From positions 9,222,328-9,242,327 of the forward strand of contig MU056000.1 of NCBI GenBank assembly GCA_013239625.1: 20,000 nucleotides of DNA. The letters run 5' to 3'. Positions 1 to 11,029 of the stretch are shown piece after piece (position 1 is the stretch's first letter; each line of letters starts with the position of its first letter). A program made the translations under genes and the position numbers. The stretch is from Lama guanicoe. Its lineage: Eukaryota. The notes beneath the pieces are model-generated. The model saw nothing but the letters and a program-made list of their open reading frames with translations. It was not told the origin of the DNA and made no database searches.

Positions 1-189
1 CTATTTAGATTTAGCATGGTACTTGTGATAAAATAGCTTGTGATAAATTTCTTTCAAATAGTTGATCAATTTGATTGTGTCTTTCTGATACAATGGTCTG
101 TGTTTATTTTTCATATCATGAGAATGGAATTCCATATTTTTTTATTTACCATTGATTAACCCTTTTTCTTAATGGATATTTCTTTTGTG

Positions 190-345
190 CTTACCCAGAA
201 CAAGGTATCATATATACTAGAAGCTGGGAAAATGTGATGAATAAAGACAGTATTTGTGCTGCAGGAACTGGTGATCTAATGAGGAAGATATTTTAACAAT
301 GATTCAACCAGGACCATATTTAGTTTCAGACTAACATATGGAAAA
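190..345 (-). mobile_element. L2 LINE fragment (ancient, 3' region, antisense)
   Basis: 'tactagaagctgggaaaatgtgatgaataaagacag...gatctaatgaggaagata' resembles the reverse complement of the L2 3' end. It appears to continue at ~1200-1520 beyond the MLT1/SINE insertions. Confidence 0.5.
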
Positions 346-352
346 ACATCTC

Positions 353-1137
353 TGTTAGGTAGAATTCTACCACCACCTCCCTCCCCCACCCCCATCCCTC
401 CGTCACCCAAGATTTCATCCCCTAATCCCTAGGGCTGTGCATATGATGAGATAGAACATCCTAATTATGCTGTGTTAAAGGTGGGGGGGATTTTTCAGAT
501 GCAATTATGGTTATTAATCAATTGATTTTGACTTAATCAAAAGAGAGATTTACGTGGTTGGTGACATGGATACTGCTTTAAATGGATATTATCCAATCTC
601 CAATTGCATATAAACTCTTTAAAAACAGAGAATTCTCTGGCTGGTGGCAGAAGGTGAAGCTGGAGACATTTGAAAATTGGGAAGGATTTGATGTGACATC
701 GCTGGCTTGAAGGTGGGAGGAATGTAATGAGGAATATGCATGGCTTCTAGAAACTGAGAGAGGGCCTTGGCTGACATAGCCAGCAGGGAAAGAAAGACCT
801 CCATCCAATGGTTGTTGCAATTGAATTTGACCAACAACTAGAATGAGTGTGAAAGTGGATTGACCTTGACTTCAACTACGTGCAACCATAACAGAAATCC
901 AGTTTAATCCTGTCTCGACTTTTGCTTTTCAGAACTATGAGATAATTAGTGGGGATTGTTTTAAGCTGCCTAATCATGATGATTTTCCATGCAGCAATTG
1001 AAAACAGCTATGGGGAGAGGAGGGTATAGCTCAGTGGTGGAGCACATGCTTAGCATGCACGAGGTCCTGTGTTCAATCCCCAGTATCTCCATTAAAAAAA
1101 ATAAATAAAATAAAAAAAAGAAAGAAAACTACTAACA
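353..1137 (+). mobile_element. MaLR solo LTR, MLT1E-like (interrupted at its 3' end by a SINE)
   Basis: Starts 'tgttaggtagaattcta'. Internal 'ttttcagatgcaattatggttattaatcaattgattttgacttaatcaaaagagagatt', 'ggcttctagaaactgagagagggcc' and 'cagaactatgagataat...ttgttttaagctgc' match MLT1 motifs, and it ends 'gcagcaattgaaaac..ta..aca'. Confidence 0.8.
1012..1123 (+). mobile_element. tRNA-Ala(AGC)-derived SINE, Vic-1-like (camelid)
   Basis: GGGGAGAGGAGGGTATAGCTCAGTGG (A box), anticodon arm with AGC at 1052-1054, GTTCAATCC (B box) and an A-rich tail at 1094-1123. Degenerate TSD: gaaaacagcta (1000-1010) / gaaaactacta (1124-1134). Confidence 0.88.
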
Positions 1138-1199
1138 GCTCTGAGAGCACAAGTTAGACAGTTTTACTGTCTTTAGAACCAAGTATGGTTTCACTGCAG

Positions 1200-1520
1200 A
1201 CAGGAATTTTTATCTGTCTTAGATAGGCAGCATTTCCTCAGCTTTGAAAAATCTTATCAATAAGTTGGGTAGATGATCAAAGGCAAGAGGCAAAATGACT
1301 ATAGTGCATTCAGGAGTCATGCACTTATGTAATGCCACAAGAACGCCTAGGATTTAATGGCAGGTGAGACCTCTAAGATTGGCTGAGAACACTTTGCGAA
1401 GACACTCAAACAGCAATGCTAATAAACTTTGACCTCTCAACAATAAAAATTCACGGAAAGCTTTAATCGCTTGTTTTATAGAGGAGTGGCATGGTTTCTG
1501 TTTGAGAAAATTACCACCAA
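1200..1520 (-). mobile_element. L2 LINE fragment (continuation, antisense)
   Basis: 'aaactttgacctctcaacaataaaaattcacggaaagctttaatc...gaggagtggcatggtttctgtttgagaaaattacc' resembles the L2 antisense consensus; highly diverged. Confidence 0.4.
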
Positions 1521-1744
1521 CAAAAAAGCCAAGATTGAAAAAATAAATGTTGTCATTTTAGACTATGTAGATCTAGAGATTACCAGCCATAATCAGATAT
1601 ATATAGACACTATAAATATTTTAGGAGTTTTTATAGACCTGTATATTTATTTGATTTCATTTATCTGGACTTTGATGTTTTTGGGTGCAATTAGTGTGCA
1701 GCCTTGAGAAAATTAAAATTAAAGTATGTGTGCATATAAGTTTT

Positions 1745-2200
1745 TTTATTATTTTTGCAACAGAAAATAGGTACACTAAATTGAATGGCATAAACAATAG
1801 CATGCATTAATACTCATTCATCTATGAGTCAGCTGGAGAAATCTTTGGGTCTTAATGGGGCTCTCTCACGCATCTACTTGCAGCTGTGGATGAGAATCTA
1901 AGCTGACAATGGCTGGGCTGTCTCAGTTTGGCTGTAGGCTATTAGACAGCCCCAGCTTGGGGAGCTGAGCTCTCCTTCAAGCTGTCTCTTATTCTCCTAC
2001 AAGCTCTGCCTGTCTCATTGTGAAAGGTAGCTTCATAAATGACAGAACATCACTACATCCATGCTCTATTGGAAGAAATAAGTCACAAGTTTAGCCCATG
2101 TTAAAGCTCTTGGGAAACTGATTTCATTGCTTGATGACAAGTGAGCCAAGTCATAAGGCAATGATTGTAGATACAGGAAAGAATAATGGTTTCGGTCTCC
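1745..2200 (-). mobile_element. Old MaLR LTR (MLT1H/I/J-like), antisense
   Basis: Motifs 'aatggcataaacaatagcatgcattaatactcattcatctatgagtcagctgg', 'ggggctctctcacgcatct' and 'catgctctattggaagaaataagtcacaag...agccca' are typical of reverse-strand MLT1. Confidence 0.65.
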
Positions 2201-2499
2201 ATCAGTCCATTACTGTATGTTGTCACTTCTTCAAGTAAACCTCCACCCATTGGTTGTAAAGTCATAAAATCAAATGCTTTCAGGATCAAATGAATGATGT
2301 AAGATATGAAAATACCTGAACAATAGGGACATACTGTGTTTGGCAAACTGGGAAGGGGATGATTATTGCAAAGATAATTTCAAAAGCAATTTTAAAAAGC
2401 AGTGTTATAGGCAAACATCTTTCAAGGAAAAACTCAGCCTTTGGTTATATTATCTTTTATTAAAGAAAGGTCAGTTTTAATTTGAATGATATGCGTTTC

Positions 2500-2680
2500 T
2501 GATTTCAATACTTACTAGTTTTCTTTGTAATATTTCCCTCTACCATACCGTAACTTTTCAGTGAAATAATTCATTTTACTTTCTCTCAGGGCAAGGGCTT
2601 TACCCTGACCTGCTTGTCATTGTTTCCAGTCTCATGATGCATTGCAAACTCTTCAAGTATAGAAATATTAGCTCATTTCT
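2500..2680 (+). mobile_element. L2 3'-end fragment
   Basis: 'ctctcagggcaagggctttaccctg...cttgtcattgtttccagt...aaatattag' resembles the L2 3' terminus. Confidence 0.4.
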
Positions 2681-2976
2681 TTTCAGGAATAATTTCAGAA
2701 GCATCAATATCAACATATTTCTGGATGTTTATCAATCATTGTCTTTTTTGACTTTATTTTTTGTTATGAAGGAAGTTTTTGCCATTCTAATGCTGGCTAG
2801 TTTGAATCAGAATTGCAAAACAAAGTGCTCAGAATACTTATTAATATTAATGGTGATCACATTTCCCCCGAGAATAGTCCCATAATAGCTGATAATTCCA
2901 TAAACTTAAGTAATAAAATGTTTTGGTTGCAATAGTGGTTTACAAGGAAATTTCTTTTTAACACGTATCTAGGTGA

Positions 2977-3505
2977 GTTTGACGTAGTATTGCTTGCTGA
3001 TTTTTGCTTTTGTTGTTTATGCTTTTAGTGTTACTTCCCAACACCCCCAGGAAAGTCATTGTGAAGGCCAGTGTCCAGGAGATTCTCCCTTATGTTTTCT
3101 TCTAGTTTTCTGGTGTCAGGTGAATGTCATGTTTTAGTCTTTGATCCAGTTTGTGTTAATTTTTTTGTGAGCAGTATAAGATAGTGGCTTGATTTTGTTT
3201 ACCTGCATATGTTTATGCCATTTCCCCAACACCATTTGTTGAAGAGACTATCATTTTCTCATTGCGTGTCCTAGGCTCCCATGTTGGACATTAGTTGACC
3301 ATATACATGGACGCTTAATTCTGGGTTCTCTATTCTGCTTCATTTTCTCATGTGTCTATTTTTATGCCAGTGCCACACTGTTTTAATTACTGTGCCTTTG
3401 TAATACAGCTTGCAACCAGGAAGTGTAATGCCTCCAGCTTTCTATTCTTTCTCTGAATGGCTTTGGCTTTTCAGGATTTTGTGCTTCCATACAAAGTTTA
3501 GGAAT
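2977..3505 (-). mobile_element. L1 (L1MA-type) ORF2 C-terminal fragment, antisense; inverted 5' part of a 5'-inverted L1
   Basis: Reverse complement reads 'gaaagctggaggcattacacttcctg...tattacaaaggcacagtaattaaaacagtgtggcactggcataaaaatagacac', i.e. the GGITLP..YYKA.VIKTVW.W motif region of L1 ORF2. Confidence 0.9.
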
Positions 3506-3716
3506 ATAAATAGCAATACTGTATTATAATCATAAGACTGGTTAAGAGACTAGATTTTAATTATTTCCACCACAAAAAGAAATGATAATTATGTGACATG
3601 ATAGAGGAGCTAATGCTGCAATGGCAATCATATATAAACATATCAAATCAAGATGTCATACATCTTAAATTTGTACAATGGTATATATAAAATATATTTC
3701 AATTAAAAATAAAAAT
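3506..3716 (+). mobile_element. L1MA9-like 3' UTR terminus with A-rich tail
   Basis: 'aatactgtattataat...aagagactagattttaattatttccaccacaaaaagaaatgataattatgtgacatgatagagg...tatatttcaattaaaaataaaa'; clearly homologous to 10345-10560. Confidence 0.85.
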
Positions 3717-5019
3717 AATAGGTACCTAGTTGAAATAAACTATATTATGCCTTTTTACTACAAAAGTTGTATAAACTAACATTAGCAGATGACTTCCAGG
3801 GACTCTAGCCAACAAAGAATGTAGCAAGTCCACATGAGGCAATGTGGACCATGAACACATGGGAAAACATTAGCTCAGTATTGACATGTCCCAAAACTAT
3901 TTGATTTATCTTTAAAACTTTAATAAATCTGTTTTTGAGGCTTTCCTTGAAACTGAAACTGAATTATTGACATTAACACTCAGGAAATTATAGTGAGTCC
4001 TTGAATAAAGCATTTCCCTCATCGCAAACAAACTTACATATCACTTATTAATAGATTCTTCTCCTTCACTGTGCATGCTACTCTATTTATCAATTAATTT
4101 TAAAAGTGAGATGTTTAATTAAGAATATTCTTTTTGCAAGTCTGAGCCTTGACTATTGCAAAGTGTAGAAATGACTCTATCTAAGAGCAAAAATTTTTAA
4201 GGATGCCTATGTATTCAAATCTGATGATTCTTGACTTAGCATTATCATTATTTCAAATATTTCTATGAGTAATAAATAAGTAAAAAAATAATTTCTGTAA
4301 TTCTTTATTATATCATTTTGATCAGAGTGTCTTTAAAATATAGTTACCTAGACCATTTCAAATGGTAAATAATTAACATTTAGTTTCACATTTCCAATCC
4401 CTCAATTTATTTTGAGGGGAGGAACAAAATCCAATTTTCTACAGTTTTCACCTTGCAGTTTTTCCAAAGCTTGGGAGAAACTGTGTTGGTACATTAGGAA
4501 AAAAGAGCATACATTTTTTTCCTAATTTCTTCTCCTAAATTAGACTGAGGATTGCTTCCCATTGTATAATTCAAAATGATTTGGAATGAAAAGAAAATGT
4601 CCCATCATAATAAATGTATTTTTATTAATAACCCACTCATTTAATATACTGCTCAAATTTATTTTTGCTACAGAATGTGCTTTGATTTCTCTAGACCTGT
4701 GCCAAGTTACTGATAAATTGTCACTACATCTGCTGTTCCAATGTCATTCCTCCCACATGCAAACTTCAAGATCTTAACTATCAATACACTAAAAGTATAA
4801 TGCTGTTTTAACTTCAGTAGTGCTAAGTGGGGTCATGTTCAGTGGCCCCTCTGATCATAGCACCTTCTGTTCAGTGTACATACTTAGTAATGTTCAAATA
4901 CTAAGTGTTGTAATAGGAAAGTTCTTCCTAGGAAATGATAGTATAAAAGACAAACCCATAACACTTAGCATAGCTGCTAATTACTACCCTTGTTACATTA
5001 ATCATACATAACATTGCAC

Positions 5020-5170
5020 TAGAATCAGAAAATCAGAGAGTATTAGAGAGGAAACACGTGATCATCTACATCAATCCAGTAATGTTACAGAAACTGAGGA
5101 CCAGACATGAGAAGGGACTAGTCAAAGGGGACAAAGATTAGAACATGAGTATCAGTTAAGCCAAACCTCT
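5020..5170 (-). mobile_element. MIR SINE fragment (core)
   Basis: 'gatcatctacatcaatcc...ttacagaaactgaggaccaga...gaagggactagtcaaagg..aca...attagaac' matches the antisense MIR core. Confidence 0.65.
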
Positions 5171-6039
5171 GTTTTTCACAAAGTCATTTATGAGTCCAGA
5201 TGATTTTAAATATTTATATCCACTTTTTTTTCCATTAACCTACAAACAAAATTATATCATAAGACCTTCGGAAATTTCAACAGTAATTGTGATATGCTCT
5301 GTGAAATATGAGCTTGTGATATTCCTGATAATGTGTAGTATTATAAATAAGGTGGTTTTTATTGATATTTATTTTATATTTGTTGATGTTGAATTGATGT
5401 TTTGTTCGGAGATACACAGATCTAAACACTCTGTTGTATACTACGATAAGCAACCTGCTGCTGATGCAAGAATTCTGTCCTAAGCAAAGACATGACGGAT
5501 TGAAACTCATTGTCAATTGTTTGGCAGCTGCATAAGGCATAACCCACAACTCCTATTTACACATATATGTAGGAGATGAGAGAATTTGAAAAACCGTCTA
5601 GATTTATTGTTTGCCATGTGCATGAAAATTGTTTGATTTATTTGGCACATAGCAAAATCATTATGTTTTTCAACATTATATTCTCCCCTGTGGTGCCCAT
5701 TTTATAAAAGTTTATCTTTACTATATTGGAGATAGAGGGTTTTATACAAAGTCACACCCTGTGATAAACACTGTCTTGTATTCATGTCAATACGCAAATG
5801 TTTTATATTTCTTTTTGTTATATGGAACCATAAATTCTAAGACATTAATTTGAAAGTGTCTAGCTGATTAGCAAAGCTGAGTCTACACTATTTGACCTTC
5901 ATTGAAACAATACGTATACTTTATTTCTTCTATACCTAGGTATCATTCTTTAATTGCTTATTCACTACACACACACAAACTGAATATATAATCTTGGTTT
6001 TACTTTCTGTGTTACTTATCAGCTCTTCTATATGGCTTG

Positions 6040-6682
6040 TTCTATATAATTGGCAGAATATTACATCAGATAATGCAGAATGGACTTTGCTTCCAAGTGT
6101 ACCTGGTACATTTACTAAGATAGACTTCATGTCTATCAAGCCAAAAATAAGTGTCAATAAGTTAAAAGAAATTATATCATACAGAGTATTTCATACTCTC
6201 ACCAAAATTAAATTGATTTTAAAATAAATAACAGTAAAATAGCTAAGCAAACCTCAAATCTAGTCTAAAAAAACAAGCACTTCTAAAAATGTGTGTTAAG
6301 GAAAAATTCACAAGATAATATTTGAAAGGATTATGATATAATTAAATATATAATATAATAAGTATACAGAATGATAATAAAAATCAGCATAACAAATACT
6401 GTGGGATTCAGCTAAGACAGTACTTACTATGAAATTTGTAGTTTGAAGTATCTCTATGGGAAAGAAGAAATGTCCAAAATCCCTAAGATCCAAAACCTTG
6501 ATGGAGCTGGAAAAGTATGAACAAAATACCCTCAGAATGAATATAAGAAAATAGACAATTAAGAGCAAGAATCAGTGAAAGTAAAAAATTGAATTTTGAT
6601 TAAAAATTAATGAAGCTAAAAAGTTGATGTTTTGAGATTGATAAAATTGATAAACCTTAAATAGACTGATTAAGAAAAAAAA
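6040..6682 (+). mobile_element. Old L1 ORF2 fragment (end of endonuclease domain and linker), degenerate
   Basis: ORF 5994-6227 contains AEWTLLPSVPGTFTKID, similar to L1 EN 'AEYTFFSSAHGTFSKIDH'. Downstream are 'atactgtgggattcagctaagacagtactta' (NLWD.AKAVL) and 'ataaaattgataaaccttaaatagactgattaagaaaaaa' (KIDKPLARL.KKK). Multiple stops and frameshifts. Confidence 0.88.
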
Positions 6683-7207
6683 ATCTCTAGAGCAAGGTGT
6701 GCAAGGGGGAACATCTAAATAAAAATATGATGGTTAGCTCCTTTGATCTTCTTCTCTCCTTAACTTTTCACAGTTGTCTGCAGGTGAGTCCCATTTCTCT
6801 TATGACCCACCCTCTACTTAGAAGCAAATCTCCTGACTGATGACGTAGGTGAGAGGCACCTTCTCCAGAGGCGAGGTTAACACTATGAGCCAAATCCCCT
6901 AGGGCAGGCCTTTAGTGTACCAACAGGAGCCAACCGATTCTGGAAAAATCTTTCCCCCAAATATAAAGAGGGCCTTAAAGTCACTTATTTTAATCTCAAA
7001 ACCCTTTATAGTATTTCTGTAATATTTCTCCCAACTTCACGTAATCCTTATGCTCCTCTTTCTCTTTATATGAATTCAGTCTTTCCTAATCTTCAGCCTC
7101 TTCCCATCTACTCAATCCAAGAGAATAAACACAAAAAGCCAGTCATGGTGAGCCCACTGAAATGAAATTTTTATTATTAGAAAGGCAAAAAGAGAAGCAT
7201 GTTGACG

Positions 7208-7257
7208 TTTAAAAAATGTATCCTCTTACAGAGAATTTAAAAAATGTATCCTCTTAC
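7208..7257. repeat. Perfect 22-bp direct repeat with 6-bp spacer
   Basis: tttaaaaaatgtatcctcttac at 7208-7229 and 7236-7257, separated by agagaa. Confidence 0.95.
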
Positions 7258-7724
7258 TGTTGATGAAAAATACGAATACAGTTTTGAAGAAAAGAGTTGA
7301 AATAATATGGAATTTGAGGGAAAGGTAAGAAAATCAGGTTCCATAGTTGTATATGTGGCAGTTTTTACAAATTTACTTGGAAAAGTAACAATTAAGAAAA
7401 TAAAAAACCCAATATCAAGACTAAACTGTGCCTCTTCCCATTAGGCAATCTAATTTCTCAAAATAACATTAAAAAAAATCACACAATGACATCAGGAAAA
7501 ATAGTATACAATCAATTCAACGAGGCGAAGTAATTCCAGAGAAGCTGCTGCTGGGATAAGCGTGTGAACATGAATCCTAAACTAAGGGTAGTCAGAGATA
7601 GTGAGTCTGTTGTAACCATGGTAACTTAATTTCTCCATACAAATTAGAGTGGGTTGCTTGTTGTCATGTAAATAGTGATGAAAATGCCCATCCTTCCTGT
7701 TGGCACAGTGGGAAGTTAACATAC

Positions 7725-7830
7725 AATTAAGTTCCATGAGAGCAGAGACTTTACCCCATTCATCCTTGTATTTTTAAGCCCATGGAAGAGTTCCTAGTTT
7801 AATGAGTCTTAACTTGACCACTGAATGAAC
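7725..7830 (+). mobile_element. L2 3' terminus
   Basis: 'taagttccatgagagcagagacttt...ttcatccttgtatttttaagccca...actgaatgaac' matches the L2 end (ctccatgagggcagggac...tgaatgaa). Confidence 0.6.
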
Positions 7831-7869
7831 AAGGTTTCTTTCCCTGGAGACAGAAGAAGTCATTGGTTT

Positions 7870-8120
7870 TATATTAGTTTTCTACCATTACTGTGTCACC
7901 ACAGTTTTATTTGTGATCTCACAGCTCTGTGGATCAAATTTCTGACAAAGTTTTCACAGAGCTGAAATCAAGGTGTCAGCAAGGCAGTGTTCCTTTCTGA
8001 TGATCTGGGGAGGGATCTTCTTGCAGGCTTTTCAAGTTGTTGGCAGAATTCAGTTCAGTGTGTTGGTAGCTCTCAGGTTTCCGTCTGCTTGCTGCTTGTC
8101 AGCCAGAGTTCACTCTCAAA
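7870..8120 (-). mobile_element. MaLR LTR fragment (MLT1D/E-like), antisense
   Basis: 'ctcacagctctgtggatc', 'gctgaaatcaaggtgtcagcaaggc', 'caagttgttggcagaattcagttc' and 'ttgctgcttgtcagccag'. Confidence 0.8.
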
Positions 8121-9249
8121 ATCTATAAAACCAGGCATGAGTGTATTTACAAAAGCTGTGGTAGTTTTCTACCATATTAGACTGGATGAATGAGAAACTA
8201 AAGTTAAGAGATTAAACATAGTATTTTTAAACATTAGATATTTTATTCATAGAATGCTCCAAGATAAACTTCGTATGTTAAGGTAGTTCAACTCATGTTT
8301 GGTTGTGAATGCTGCAAAGAAAGTACAGACTAAAATGAAGTCCAATTGACTCATTGGAGAGAGAGTTCAACATGGAATCAAATTGGCTTCTTTTTCTCCA
8401 TACTGCCGTTTTTCCTTTCCCTTGCTCATGTTGGCTGTGCGTATATACTGCTTTCATTTTTTAGTAATTTTTCTAATTATTTATTTATGTTACCAGTACT
8501 TTGGAAATTAATTCAGTTATACACAGACTTTTCCCTTCTTATATGACAGTATCAAAAGTTTATTCAAATACCGAATGGCACTGATTCAGTCCATTGCTAC
8601 TGAAGCAAAGAGAAGATTGCCATCAGGTAATTTTTGATTTATAATTCATTGTCATGGTAATAAAAATAATAATAATATACTTCAGGAAAATAGATGCAAG
8701 TGAAGAAGCACATTTTAACTACACGCTGGGTGTTCGCAATTGATTCTCCAAGAACATCATTTTGTATGGATTCATGACAATAACCATCTGCTATAAATTT
8801 ACGTGGAGAGTATTTGGGTGAATAGCGCTGCAAAGCGATTGCTCTAACATCAGACACTTCTCACAGAGGTGCACCGACGAGCATACAGTCACAGCACACT
8901 GGCCCCACACCACGTGCTGTTAATAAAACTGCGTTAAGCTTCACTAATAAGAATGAGACTATTTTTTACAAAATATTAAAGAAAATTTGCTACATTTATC
9001 TAAGTGGAATAAATTTACTTGGAGTTATTATATTAAAATGTAAATGAATATGTACAGTCTTTAGCCTATTCAATTTCTTATGTGATCCAAAAATTATCTT
9101 ACTGATTCTGTCTAATTTTATTGCAAAGAGGTAAAAATAGAGAAAAATACAATAGGATCTTCAGAGTCTTAAGAAATATTAAATAATAAAAACAAAAATA
9201 AATCATCAAAAAGCTTGCTAAATATACACAACTTTATCAATCATATTGT

Positions 9250-9780
9250 TATCTCATTGATTCCACAAGTATTATTGAGTGGTACTTTTCTGGAAATTGT
9301 GTATTCAGCATCATTCCAAAGAGTGGAAATACATGTTAGGGGGATCAGAACAACTAATAAACAGAATTAATAAAAATCATTGTATTAGATGATCTAAAAT
9401 ACTATAGAGATATTGAAAAAAAAGTAGGAGAATGGGATATGGATTATGTTTATGTGCTTGAGAGTTGGAAGAGGGCACAATTATAAGCAGGAACCAGGGA
9501 AACCTGTGAATAAGACTTTCATGTATAAAGGTAAGATTTGTGAAATTCTGGGAAATGAATTCTAGGAAGAGGAAGAGCAAATGTAAGTAACTAAGATGAG
9601 AGGTTGCCTATGAAGAGCAAGGAGCTATAAAAAAAGGCAGTTTGTTAAAAAAGAAAAAAGAAAGAAAGAAAGAAAAAGAAATATCCAGTTTGGTTTGAAT
9701 GGAGTAAGGGGAGAAGAGAGCAGTGATGTGCTGGTAAATTGACAACCAAAAAAAAAAAAAGGAAAGGCCATAGTTTTTAG
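9250..9780 (-). mobile_element. L2 fragment (L2a-like), antisense
   Basis: 'cattgattccacaagtattattgagt', 'tctgggaaatgaattctaggaagaggaagagcaaatgtaag' and 'ccagtttggtttgaatggagtaaggg' follow the L2 antisense consensus. Confidence 0.6.
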
Positions 9781-9917
9781 TGTTTGTCAATTCCTTGCAC
9801 CATGATTGATTTCAAGTTACTGCCATGATGTTGTGAAATAAGGAGATGGGATGAGATGAGCACTGCCAGCTCTCACGAGGCTGTTCCAGTGGCCAAAGCA
9901 CAACAATCCAGCAGTAC

Positions 9918-10580
9918 CCAACAGGTACAATGAGATGTGTTCGACAAAACTAGTCATTAGGGAAATGAAAATCAAAACCACAATGAGAAACCACCTCACA
10001 TCTTTCAGCATGGCTATTACCGACAAGACAAAAGATGGCAGATTTGATGAGGATATGGAGAAAAGGGAACCCTTCTAAACTACTGGTCGAATTGTGGGAA
10101 AGCATATGGAGGTTCCTTAAAAAATTAAAAAAGGAACTACCAAAGATTCAAGAATCCCTCTTCTCGATACATAAACAAAGGAAATGAAATCAGTACTTCA
10201 GAGAGATATCTTCAGTCTTATGTTCATCACAACATAATTTTTAATAGCCAAGATATGAAAACAATCAAAGTGTCTTGGACAGATGGATGGATAAAGAAGT
10301 TATGGTATATATAAAGAGAGAGATCTAATGCACAATCTAGTGAACACAGATAATATTATTTTGTTATAATCATCAAAATTGCTGACAGACTAGAACTTAA
10401 TTATTCCAACCACTAAAAAGAAATGATAATTACATACTGTGATGAAAGGCTAGTTACGACTACAATGGCAATCATGTTATAATTTATAAACGTACCAAAT
10501 TAACATGTTGTACACATTAAATTTACACAATATCGTCTGTCAAATACATTTCAATAAAAAATTTAAAAAATTAAAAAAAT
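9918..10580 (+). mobile_element. 5'-truncated L1 (L1MA9-like): ORF2 zinc-knuckle region, 3' UTR and A tail
   Basis: 'tcattagggaaatgaaaatcaaaaccacaatgagaaaccacctcac' (IREMQIKTTMRYHL), 'gaggatatggagaaaagggaaccct' and 'atggatggataaagaag'. 3' end 'tttcaataaaaaatttaaaaaa'. Confidence 0.92.
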
Positions 10581-10599
10581 GTAAAATCATTAAGTTTGC

Positions 10600-10830
10600 T
10601 TAGTATACACCATCCTCTGTGGCCTGACCCCATCTCTCTTATCTCAGGTGTTGTCCCTCTTCCACTCACATTCCTTGTTGGAAATGGGACTGGCTGTACT
10701 TCTGAAAGGCATTTTTCTATTGCTGTTTATATTTGTTATTCCCATTATCTAAAGAGTAAATTCTTCCCTTACCTACATGGCTAACTCTTCTGCACCTGTG
10801 AAAACAAAAACTTTTTCAAGAAAAAAATAC
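10600..10830 (+). mobile_element. L2 fragment
   Basis: 'cctctgtggcctgaccccatctctcttatctc...cttacctacatggctaactcttctgcacc' resembles internal L2 3'-region consensus. Confidence 0.45.
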
Positions 10831-11029
10831 AAATTCTTGATCATCTACTTACATAATACAAATAAAGGATTCTTAGTATTTAACATAAGAAAAACTTACA
10901 GTCAGTACTTCATATACGGGACACACTGGAAATTTGTGTCTCTATTTAAAACAGCATGCTAAGACCCAGGCACCATTTGTGCAAATGACTATTTCCTATA
11001 AACACCATGGTAAAAAATCTGGAACTTCA

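Noticed and set aside
578..837. Two overlapping minus-strand ORFs
   Set aside because: Inside an MLT1E-like LTR, with no protein similarity recognised.
1019..1091. Functional tRNA-Ala gene
   Set aside because: The 5' extension, A tail, TSD, stem mismatches and insertion inside an LTR indicate a SINE.
5994..6227. 77-aa ORF as a gene
   Set aside because: It is a degenerate L1 ORF2 endonuclease fragment.
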